Below are positions 9,241 to 16,267 of a stretch of DNA of 24,000 bases, in pieces. Location of the stretch: sequence record MK937612.1. One strand, 5' to 3'. Positions within the stretch are counted from its first letter, which is position 1. Each line of letters opens with the position of its first letter. The position numbers were made by a program, and so were the translations under genes. This stretch comes from Mycobacterium phage LilhomieP. Below the pieces are notes generated by a model. It worked only from the letters and a program-made list of their open reading frames with translations. It had not been told where the DNA came from and did no database searches.

Positions 9241-9551
9241 TCGGGCACCTTCGTCAGACGGATGAAGCTCTTGATCGTGGTGAACCGGCCCAGGCACATA
9301 GCGCACTGGATCTGGCCGGTGTCCTCGACCTTGGCCCGCCACGTCGCGTACAGCTTGAGGGCGTACTCCCAGTGGTTCTTGCACATCCAGCCCTGGACGC
9401 AGGTGTGGTACTCCTGGAACCCGGCGATGGGCCCGCCGCAAGGGACCACACCCTTGCGCATGCTGCAGCAGTCCAGCTCCTCGAACGCGGAGTCGACCAG
9501 CGACTCGATGTCCGAGTCGATCTCCACGTCATTCAGCGTCGCTGTCGCCAT
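9237..9551 (-). CDS. Cys-rich, probably zinc-binding protein
   Basis: 104 aa with CC, C, C..GWMCKNHW and CAMC motifs. Confidence 0.7.
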   Translation of the reverse strand: MATATLNDVEIDSDIESLVDSAFEELDCCSMRKGVVPCGGPIAGFQEYHTCVQGWMCKNHWEYALKLYATWRAKVEDTGQIQCAMCLGRFTTIKSFIRLTKVPE

Positions 9552-9825
9552 CGTCTTCCTTGTCCGCGTAGTGGTACTGGAACGACTCGTCGCTCATGAC
9601 GAGCCAGCCGTCGACCGGGTCATCCACGATCCAGTCGCCTTCGTATGCCCGCAGGATGTTCGTGGTCCCCGGCCGCGAGATCTTGATGTACTGGAACTTG
9701 TGAGTTCCGTTGGTGTACACCGCATGCGCAAACGGAACAGCGTCCGCTACCCGTTTGAATGGGCGGGCCACCTGGATGGCCCGCACCTCCGTGGGGTTGT
9801 GGGTGAACTTGGCGAGGCTGCTCAC
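9529..9825 (-). CDS. Hypothetical protein
   Basis: GTG at 9825 (MSSLAKFTHNPTEVRAIQVARPFKRVADAV...); 4-nt overlap with the upstream gene; trimmed from ORF 9529..9903. Confidence 0.7.
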   Translation of the reverse strand: MSSLAKFTHNPTEVRAIQVARPFKRVADAVPFAHAVYTNGTHKFQYIKISRPGTTNILRAYEGDWIVDDPVDGWLVMSDESFQYHYADKEDDGDSDAE

Positions 9826-10148
9826 AGCTCGCGGAAGTGCTCTCGGTAGACCGACTCGGGCATGACGACTGCCTCTTCGACGTCGGGGTCGAGCACGACC
9901 CACGAGCCGGGAGCCAGGTGGTGGGTGTCCTTTCCGGGCTCGTTGACGGTGACGAACGCCAGCGACCCGTCCTCGTTGAACGAGGCACCGACCTGCATCG
10001 GGATGCCACGACGCTCGGCCTCCTGCGCGACGATGTAGGAGACGCCCGCGAAGTTGCGGCCGGTGACCTTCACCGCGAGTGCGTACGACGGGTCCAGAAC
10101 CTGGACGCGTTTGATGCCAGTTCCCTTGAGTGCGTTGTTGTTGCTCAT
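9822..10148 (-). CDS. Hypothetical protein
   Basis: ATG at 10148 (MSNNNALKGTGIKRVQVLDPSYALAVKV...) preceded by GGAA; trimmed from ORF 9822..10274. Confidence 0.75.
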   Translation of the reverse strand: MSNNNALKGTGIKRVQVLDPSYALAVKVTGRNFAGVSYIVAQEAERRGIPMQVGASFNEDGSLAFVTVNEPGKDTHHLAPGSWVVLDPDVEEAVVMPESVYREHFREL

Positions 10149-10942
10149 AGCATTCCCTTCGATTTCCAGTGTTGGTAGTGCATGCCGATCAGCCAGTTGT
10201 CCAGCTGTTCGTAGTCGGGGTGATCGGGGAGGTAGGAGTTCTCCATGGCCCCCCGCAGCATGTCGGTGCGCCACTCGAGGATGTTGAGTGTCTCCGCCAA
10301 CGTGTAGCGGCCTTCGCGTACCGCGAGCAGGTAGTCGCGGTGGTGGTCCTGCATCGGCAGGTAGATGTGGCCTTCGGTCATCAGCTGGTGCCCTTGGATG
10401 GCCAGCCGCGTCGCGTGGTACATCATCTTCGTGTCGTAGCCGAACTTCTGCACAAGCTCGGGCCGGTTGGTGTGCTTGCGGCCGCGAAGCCCCTGCGCCC
10501 GGTCACGCTGCGCGACAAGGTATCCGACGAACCGCTCACCGGCCTGCTTTGACAGGAACAGGTGGCGGTTGTCGATCAGCTCTTCGCCCAGCTCGTTGCG
10601 GAAGTACACATGCTGCAGCGGCGCGAACAGCGGAACCAGCACAGTCGGATTGCCCTTGGCGGCAAGGCGTGCCCACTTCGCCAGGCTGTAGATCACCTGG
10701 TCAGTGTCGCCGGGGCCCGACCGCACACCCTCAGGGATGCGGGTGCCATCAGAATGCCAGCGGTCCTGGTACTGCTCGAACTTCTGGGTGCCGATGACAC
10801 ACTCGGGCGGCGCGATGCACATGCCCATCTCGTCGTTGTCGTCGGCCCCAACGGACACGCCGTGCAGACGGGAACCGACCTCAGTCTTGTAGATCAGGTT
10901 CTCGTGGGCAATCTTCCGATGCCAGGGGCTGTGGTGGCTCAC
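10145..10942 (-). CDS. Predicted nucleotidyltransferase-like protein
   Basis: 265 aa; VGSRLHGVSVGADDNDEMG resembles the GS...G...D.D signature of phage-encoded predicted nucleotidyltransferases. Confidence 0.7.
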   Translation of the reverse strand: MSHHSPWHRKIAHENLIYKTEVGSRLHGVSVGADDNDEMGMCIAPPECVIGTQKFEQYQDRWHSDGTRIPEGVRSGPGDTDQVIYSLAKWARLAAKGNPTVLVPLFAPLQHVYFRNELGEELIDNRHLFLSKQAGERFVGYLVAQRDRAQGLRGRKHTNRPELVQKFGYDTKMMYHATRLAIQGHQLMTEGHIYLPMQDHHRDYLLAVREGRYTLAETLNILEWRTDMLRGAMENSYLPDHPDYEQLDNWLIGMHYQHWKSKGML

Positions 10943-11024
10943 TCTGCTCCTTGAAGGCTGCGGTCATCGCCACGGAGACGATGAGCAGGGCTATTGCTAG
11001 GACGACGAAGACTGTTTCGGTCAC
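10881..11024 (-). CDS. Micro-ORF encoding a single-TM peptide (47 aa)
   Basis: GTG at 11024 overlaps the upstream stop as GTGA; MTETVFVVLAIALLIVSVAMTAAFKEQSEPPQPLASEDCPREPDLQD. Not in the supplied ORF track. Confidence 0.55.
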   Translation of the reverse strand: MTETVFVVLAIALLIVSVAMTAAFKEQSEPPQPLASEDCPREPDLQD

Positions 11025-11188
11025 TTCAGCGCGGCGTAGAGGGTCGCGTAGGCCTGCGCCGCAAGGATGTTCGCGGTGACGCGGGCAATGGCACTCTCAT
11101 TGCCGCCCGACTTCGCGAGCTTCCTCTCAGCCTCATCCAGGAGAGTGAGGCTCTTCTCGAGGAGGTCGTCAGGCTTGGGCTTGGTCAC
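11021..11188 (-). CDS. Small hypothetical protein (55 aa)
   Basis: GTG at 11188 (MTKPKPDDLLEKSLTLLDEAERKLAKSGG...), 4-nt overlap with the gene ending at 11185. Confidence 0.6.
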   Translation of the reverse strand: MTKPKPDDLLEKSLTLLDEAERKLAKSGGNESAIARVTANILAAQAYATLYAALK

Positions 11189-11709
11189 GGCTGGACTCCA
11201 GGGGTCGGGACGGCGGTGTAGGGGCCGTAGGTGTTGAGCAGGTGCTGCTCGTTGGGGGCGACCCGCACGAAGCTCACGGAGCCGACGTGTTCGGTCACCC
11301 ACCACTGGCCGTCTACGTACTTGTAGACATCGCCGTCCACGTCGACCCACCAGCGGTCGGTACAGTTGTCGTCCAGCGCAGCCACCTGGTACGGCGTGTC
11401 GGCGGCGTCGATCACCTCGTCGGCCTCTTCGAGGGCATCCATGAGGTCGTCCCACCGCTGGGCCTTCTCGGCCAGCTCGGTGAGCACCTTGACCCACTGC
11501 GCGGCGTGCTGGCGGTCCAGCGCCTCGGCCTCTTCAGCGGACAGGTCGTCGAACGGCTCGGTCGGCTGGAAGGTGGCGTACAGGTTGACTTCCGGCAGGA
11601 AGACATTGATGCAGTAGGGCTTGTTGTCTTCCGCGAAGGCGCGATAAACGCTGACAACTGTCTTGCCGTCGATCACGCCTTGGAAGCGTTCCTGGAGGTC
11701 CGTGCTCAT
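11185..11709 (-). CDS. Hypothetical protein, first gene of the leftward operon
   Basis: 174 aa, acidic, starts MSTDLQERFQGVIDGKTVVSVYRAF...; faces the divergent regulatory region. Confidence 0.8.
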   Translation of the reverse strand: MSTDLQERFQGVIDGKTVVSVYRAFAEDNKPYCINVFLPEVNLYATFQPTEPFDDLSAEEAEALDRQHAAQWVKVLTELAEKAQRWDDLMDALEEADEVIDAADTPYQVAALDDNCTDRWWVDVDGDVYKYVDGQWWVTEHVGSVSFVRVAPNEQHLLNTYGPYTAVPTPGVQP

Positions 11710-12271
11710 GGGATTAGCTTCGCACCCGCGCGGAAGTGATTACAGGAGAGAGTTTTCCGCGATCCAGTAACTGTAGTTGGTACCAAATACGTTAGGTAGT
11801 ACCTAATTTCAGAATGGGTATCTCTTTAGAGAAGGAAGTATCTAATAAAACCCTCAACGTCCCCCAGCAGGGGGACGTGCCTCACGTACCGTAGGGGGTA
11901 AGCGCAACACTCCGTGTTGCTTGTCGGCGCTCACTGCGTTCGCACTGTCCTTTTTAAGACACTAGCGAGGCCCTGACCTGCGATTACAGGAGACCGGGCG
12001 CGCGACCTGCGGTTTTGCAGAGCTAGGCAATCGCAGATGAGTGAAACTCTCAGGAAACTCTTAGGGTCGAACTGGCGCTTTGTGGGAATACAGAAAGCCG
12101 GTACTATCTGCGTGGGCTCGCGAGAGGTTGGTATTCCCTTCCCCCTCAGCGAGCGCGGCACCAGTGGCTCACGACTGGTCGAGGTGCCCCTCCCCTGGGG
12201 GTCGTGTCCCAGGGGAGCCTCCCCCAGTCTTCTCCTGTAATCACCCAGAACCTCTTGCCACACTGTGTGGC
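11710..12271. promoter_or_regulatory. Divergent regulatory region between leftward and rightward operons
   Basis: About 560 bp with no convincing CDS. Contains TTGGTACCAA (11777-11786), TTAGGTA-G-TACCTAA (11792-11806), a 9-bp hairpin (11857-11878), a 7-bp hairpin (11904-11920), three CTGTAATC/GATTACAG motifs and overlapping G/C hairpins (12190-12227). Confidence 0.75.
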
Positions 12272-12622
12272 GTGAAGAACGAGTTCGGGCAGGACATCAC
12301 CATCGGTTCCGTTGTGGGACTTGGTATCCGATCCGGTAATGGCAGCGAGCAACGCGTCGGCATCGTGCTGGAGCTGTTCGAGTCGACGCCGCGCTACGGC
12401 AAGCACGAGTGGAAAGCCAAGTGCGCCTGGTTGATGCCACGCCACAAGTACGACCGTGAGCGCGGCACCTGGGTCGACAAGATCATGATCTCCACCCAGA
12501 AGTTCCGCTTCTTCCTCCTGGACGAAGCCAGCCTGGACCCGCAGATCCTCCAGCAGCTGGACGACGCCTACACCACCTACATGCTCGACACGAAGCAGGC
12601 CAGTGAGTTCATCCCGAGCTGA
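12272..12622 (+). CDS. Hypothetical protein, first gene of the rightward early operon
   Basis: GTG 12272 (MKNEFGQDITIGSVVGLGIRSGNG...), trimmed from ORF 12080..12622 because the upstream part overlaps structured noncoding DNA. Confidence 0.65.
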   Translation: MKNEFGQDITIGSVVGLGIRSGNGSEQRVGIVLELFESTPRYGKHEWKAKCAWLMPRHKYDRERGTWVDKIMISTQKFRFFLLDEASLDPQILQQLDDAYTTYMLDTKQASEFIPS

Positions 12623-12866
12623 CCTCCTCACCGACCGCAATCGCATGCTGGAGATGCTGTGGGAGATGGACAACGAGCTGAGAGCTTGGCATGCGAGTGG
12701 CGTGTGGAAGAGTTCGGTCGACGCCGACCAAACCGCTGCTATCTACAAGAAGATGGACGAGCGCCACATACTTGCACAGGGGTTGAGGGAGATTGGGTGT
12801 GTCCCATGGGATTTCCACCCCCACCGCGACAATAGCTGGCTAGTCGGGCTCCGAAACATGGCCTGA
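12603..12866 (+). CDS. Hypothetical protein
   Basis: 87 aa, MSSSRADLLTDRNRMLEMLWEMDNELRAWHASG... Confidence 0.6.
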   Translation: MSSSRADLLTDRNRMLEMLWEMDNELRAWHASGVWKSSVDADQTAAIYKKMDERHILAQGLREIGCVPWDFHPHRDNSWLVGLRNMA

Positions 12867-12902
12867 CCTGCGATTACAGAACCGTTGTACCTTGATACAA
12901 CG

Positions 12903-13229
12903 ATGGGTACAAACAAGCTCAAGCGTTTCGCACGCAAGCACAATGCGGTCCTGACCGACGATCCGGACGGACTGCTCTCAACCCTGCAGATCACCAAACG
13001 CCTTGTAGCCGAGGCGAACAAGGACGGGCAGCCTCTCTCTGTGGCCTCTGCCCTTGATCAGGCGCTCGATATGTCAGCGCCCAAGGATCCCGTTCGGACC
13101 TGGTGGTCTGCCCTCCGCGTCATCGTGCGAAACAACGAGCCAGGCAAGTCGAACCTGGCCGTTCTCGCCGATGCCATTAGCAACCAGGGCACTGTCAATG
13201 CCCGCATCAAGAAGGCGGTCGCCGCGTGA
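12903..13229 (+). CDS. Small basic hypothetical protein
   Basis: ATG 12903 (MGTNKLKRFARKHNAVLTDDPDGLL...), chosen over 12885, which lies within the palindromic leader. Confidence 0.65.
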   Translation: MGTNKLKRFARKHNAVLTDDPDGLLSTLQITKRLVAEANKDGQPLSVASALDQALDMSAPKDPVRTWWSALRVIVRNNEPGKSNLAVLADAISNQGTVNARIKKAVAA

Positions 13230-13399
13230 GCGGAATCTCGACGCTGCTCGTGGCAGCGTTCATCATCCTCAAGCTCGTCGGCGTCGACCCCATCGCCATG
13301 TGGTCGTGGTGGGCAGTGTTCTCGCCGTGGCTGATTGAGCTGGGTCTCGCCATCATCTTCGGTGTCATCTACGGCATCGTCACCGTCATCACCGACTGA
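13226..13399 (+). CDS. Small membrane protein (57 aa)
   Basis: GTGA overlap with the preceding gene; MSGISTLLVAAFIILKLVGVDPIAMWSWWAVFSPWLIELGLAIIFGVIYGIVTVITD. Below the size cutoff of the ORF track. Confidence 0.7.
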   Translation: MSGISTLLVAAFIILKLVGVDPIAMWSWWAVFSPWLIELGLAIIFGVIYGIVTVITD

Positions 13400-13481
13400 C
13401 GATTCTCACCTACCCGATTTCCCCAGGCTGGACGGTCACCTTGGCCGTCCTTGCCTACCTCTACATGCGATTGGTTGACCA

Positions 13482-14228
13482 GTGAGCACCCTTCCCGATG
13501 AGCAGATCCTCTTCACCTCCGGCGAGCAGCCGTACGCGATGCGTATCCCCAACGGCATCGGGCCCGACCTCGCGGAGGCCCTCGTCGCCGCCCAAGCTGA
13601 GTTCGGTGCCGTCGCCAAGGACACGGCGAACCCGTTCTTCAAGAGCAAGTACGCCGACCTGCCTGCCGTCAAGGCCGAAGCCCAGCCGGTGCTGGCCAAG
13701 CATGGCCTCGCGGTCACCCAGCACCCCGGCTACGTGGTGATCGACGGCAAGGTCCACGACACCCTCACCACCAAGGTGGTCCACAAGAGCGGCCAGGCCG
13801 ACGAGTCGACCATGATCCTGCGGCCGGTCAAGGCTGACCCGCAGGCGCAGGGATCGGCCATCACTTACGCCAAGCGCTACGCGTTCATGGCAGTGCTGGG
13901 CCTGGTGGCCGACGAGGACGACGACGGCAACGCTGCGTCGGGTCGCGGCAAGGCCCCGGCGCGCAACAAGCCTGCCGCCAAGGGCAATCCGAATGCGGAG
14001 GGTCTCGGCAACCCTGAGGTCGCCAAGGCCATCAACCGGGTGAAGTCCGCCATCAAGAAGGCGGGCAAGACCCCGAAGGATGCGCAGGCCTACTTCGGTG
14101 AGCAGTACCCGAACGGCGGCTCGCTGATCGCCTCCACTGATGTCGCCGCGCTGACGGCCGTCGCGGAGCACTTCGAGGGACTGGCCAACGCCACCAGCGA
14201 ACTCGGCGGCACTGAGGTCTCCGAATGA
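13482..14228 (+). CDS. erf: ERF-family single-strand annealing recombinase
   Basis: 248 aa; ANPFFKSKYADLPAVKAEAQPVLAKHGLAVTQ and GSAITYAKRYAFMAVLGLVADEDDDGN are characteristic ERF segments. Confidence 0.9.
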   Translation: MSTLPDEQILFTSGEQPYAMRIPNGIGPDLAEALVAAQAEFGAVAKDTANPFFKSKYADLPAVKAEAQPVLAKHGLAVTQHPGYVVIDGKVHDTLTTKVVHKSGQADESTMILRPVKADPQAQGSAITYAKRYAFMAVLGLVADEDDDGNAASGRGKAPARNKPAAKGNPNAEGLGNPEVAKAINRVKSAIKKAGKTPKDAQAYFGEQYPNGGSLIASTDVAALTAVAEHFEGLANATSELGGTEVSE

Positions 14229-14383
14229 GGATCCTCGCGGGCTGCTTTGCCCTGTCCGCTGGGGTGCTGTCCCTGATGGGGATTCAGACGCTCGACACGG
14301 GCAAGCCCCCGCCCGAGGCGGTGCCGTATGTCATCTGCGCCCTGCTGGCCGCAGCTGGCATCGCCCACGCTTTCGCTGACTAG
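14225..14383 (+). CDS. Small membrane protein (52 aa)
   Basis: ATGA overlap with the erf stop; MRILAGCFALSAGVLSLMGIQTLDTGKPPPEAVPYVICALLAAAGIAHAFAD. Confidence 0.6.
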   Translation: MRILAGCFALSAGVLSLMGIQTLDTGKPPPEAVPYVICALLAAAGIAHAFAD

Positions 14384-14454
14384 TGGGAGCCATCGCCGTC
14401 GTCATCGGGATCGTTCTCCTGGAGAACGTTCTCACCGTCATCTACCGACCCTAG
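14383..14454 (+). CDS. Possible 23-aa membrane micro-peptide
   Basis: GTG shares one base with the preceding TAG; MGAIAVVIGIVLLENVLTVIYRP, one hydrophobic segment. Confidence 0.35.
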   Translation: MGAIAVVIGIVLLENVLTVIYRP

Positions 14455-14505
14455 AGGTGTCTCATTACCGACTGGAACATCCCGCGCGACAAGTATGAGC
14501 GGCCC

Positions 14506-15366
14506 ATGCTGTTCCCTCCCGAGGGAGGCAACCGGGTCGCCTACTCGCGGTGCTCCACGCTGGCCAAGGACATCGACAAGCCTGGCGACGGACTGTTCAA
14601 GTACTACCAGGCCAATGCCATGGCCGGTCTCGCCGTCAACCCGGCGCTGCTCAACCGCGTCAAGGCGATCCTCGCCAAGGGCGGCAACTGGGACACCAAC
14701 AAGGGCGAGTTCAAGGAGATCGCGAAGAACGCCGAGATTGTCGGCGGCGCACAGAACAAGGCTGACCGGGGCACCTCGATCCACGACTTCTGTGAGGCCA
14801 TCGAAACCGACACTCTTGATTGGGATCTCGTCCCTGAGGAGCTGAAGGGCCCGCTCGACGGCTACCACAAGGACATTGTGTCGAGCCCGCACATCAAGTT
14901 CATTGCCCGCGAGGTGTTCCTGTCGGTCAACGTGCCGATGAAGGTGCCGACCGGCAACGCGTTCGTGCTCCGTGCAGCCGGTTCGGCCGACCGCATCCTG
15001 GAACTGGATGGTGTCCGCAAGATGGCCGACATCAAGACCGGCAAGGACGACGAGTACCGGATGGGCGTGTCGGGCCAGCTGGCGCTGTACACCGAGGGGC
15101 AGCTGTACCAGGACTCGGTGGTCCGACAGGACATCGATTGGGCCGACTTCTACCCGAACGCCGATGGCAAGGCCGAGTTCGCTTCGCATGAGTGCGATTA
15201 CGACGAGGCGATCATGCTGCACTGTCCGCAGCAGCCCGACGACTGGGGCCGCTGGGAGTGGAAGGTGCTGCGGGTTCCGTTGGAGCGCGGCCGTCAGATC
15301 ATCCGCTGTGGGCAGTGGGCCCGCAAGCTTCGTTACGTTCCCGAGTTCAAGAGGGTGATGGTATGA
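14506..15366 (+). CDS. PD-(D/E)XK (Cas4/RecB/YqaJ-like) exonuclease
   Basis: GTSIHDFCEAIE, GSADRILELDGVRKMADIKTGK and GQLALYTEG follow the RecB/Cas4-like nuclease motif order; immediately downstream of ERF. Confidence 0.85.
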   Translation: MLFPPEGGNRVAYSRCSTLAKDIDKPGDGLFKYYQANAMAGLAVNPALLNRVKAILAKGGNWDTNKGEFKEIAKNAEIVGGAQNKADRGTSIHDFCEAIETDTLDWDLVPEELKGPLDGYHKDIVSSPHIKFIAREVFLSVNVPMKVPTGNAFVLRAAGSADRILELDGVRKMADIKTGKDDEYRMGVSGQLALYTEGQLYQDSVVRQDIDWADFYPNADGKAEFASHECDYDEAIMLHCPQQPDDWGRWEWKVLRVPLERGRQIIRCGQWARKLRYVPEFKRVMV

Positions 15367-15683
15367 GCGAGAAGACGATTGAGCAGCAGCTCACGGACAT
15401 CCTCGAGGCCGAGGAGGGCGACGACCTGTACTGCCTGCGGGCAGAGCCTGACGTTGAGATCGGCGGCTTCCGGCACGTCGATGTCGAAGAGGGCGACAAC
15501 CGGCGCTGGGCGCGGGGCGACATGGTCATCGTGCAGCACGTCGAGTCGGGCAAGTACTACGCGTTCGACTACGACACCGGTCTGACGGAGTACCAGGAAG
15601 ACGAGGTCTACCCCGACTCGGTGCGCGAGGTCGAAAAGACCACCAAGACCGTCGAAGTGACCATCTGGAAGAAGGTCAAGTGA
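15363..15683 (+). CDS. Small acidic hypothetical protein
   Basis: ATGA overlap at 15363; MSEKTIEQQLTDILEAEEGDDLYCLRAEPDVEIGG... Confidence 0.75.
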   Translation: MSEKTIEQQLTDILEAEEGDDLYCLRAEPDVEIGGFRHVDVEEGDNRRWARGDMVIVQHVESGKYYAFDYDTGLTEYQEDEVYPDSVREVEKTTKTVEVTIWKKVK

Positions 15684-16267
15684 GCGAGGACTGCGACGAG
15701 TTCACCTCGCAGGAATCCACTTACGTGGTGGTGAAGGATGGCGGCACCACCACCATCAAGTACTACTTCCGTGGCTACATCGACCAGGAGAAGGTCTCCC
15801 CGTTCATCGAGACGATGTTCTTCTGGGACGCCGAGTATCCAGACTCCAACTGGGACATCACCATCAACTCCGAGGGCGGCGAGATCTTCCCGTCCATCGC
15901 CGCGTACGGGGCCCTCAGCGGCTACAGCGCACGCAAGGAGGGTGGGCATCTCATCACGACCCGTGTCGCCGGTCTGGCCGCATCCGGTGGGGAGCTGCTG
16001 TTCCAGGCGGGCGACATTCGCGTCGGCGGGCTGATGGACATGCTGATGATCCATCAGCCGCTGTGCTCCTACGAGGACACATCGGTGTCGAAGATCCGCG
16101 CGGATCTGGACCGCGCCGATGAGTGGACCCACCGTCTTGCTCTCATCCACGCGGAGCGGTCCCACCTGTCGGTGGAGGAGTTCCTGGACAAGGTGAAGCA
16201 GGGGGACTGGTGGATGTTCGCCGACGAGGCGGTGGAGCTTGGGTTCGCTGACGAGGTTCTTTCGTGA
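15680..16267 (+). CDS. ClpP/SppA-like serine protease
   Basis: 195 aa; NSEGGEIFPSIAAYGAL, VAGLAASGGELLFQAGD (Ser nucleophile context) and MLMIHQPLCS (His context) match the ClpP fold motif order. Confidence 0.8.
   Translation: MSEDCDEFTSQESTYVVVKDGGTTTIKYYFRGYIDQEKVSPFIETMFFWDAEYPDSNWDITINSEGGEIFPSIAAYGALSGYSARKEGGHLITTRVAGLAASGGELLFQAGDIRVGGLMDMLMIHQPLCSYEDTSVSKIRADLDRADEWTHRLALIHAERSHLSVEEFLDKVKQGDWWMFADEAVELGFADEVLS

Noticed and set aside
12037-12240. 67-aa ORF in the divergent region
   Set aside because: Runs through perfect hairpins and ends in atypical sequence. Kept only as a low-probability leader peptide.
13396-13485. Possible 29-aa hydrophobic peptide LTILTYPISPGWTVTLAVLAYLYMRLVDQ between the TM protein and erf
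   Set aside because: The frame looks membrane-like and ends in a TGA overlapping the erf GTG, but no ATG/GTG/TTG start was found at its head, only CTG.
13461-14171. 236-aa antisense ORF opposite erf
   Set aside because: The forward ERF motifs are clear; antisense is a shadow frame.
14380-15222. 280-aa antisense ORF opposite the exonuclease
   Set aside because: The forward strand encodes motif-supported PD-(D/E)XK nuclease; the antisense frame lacks family features.
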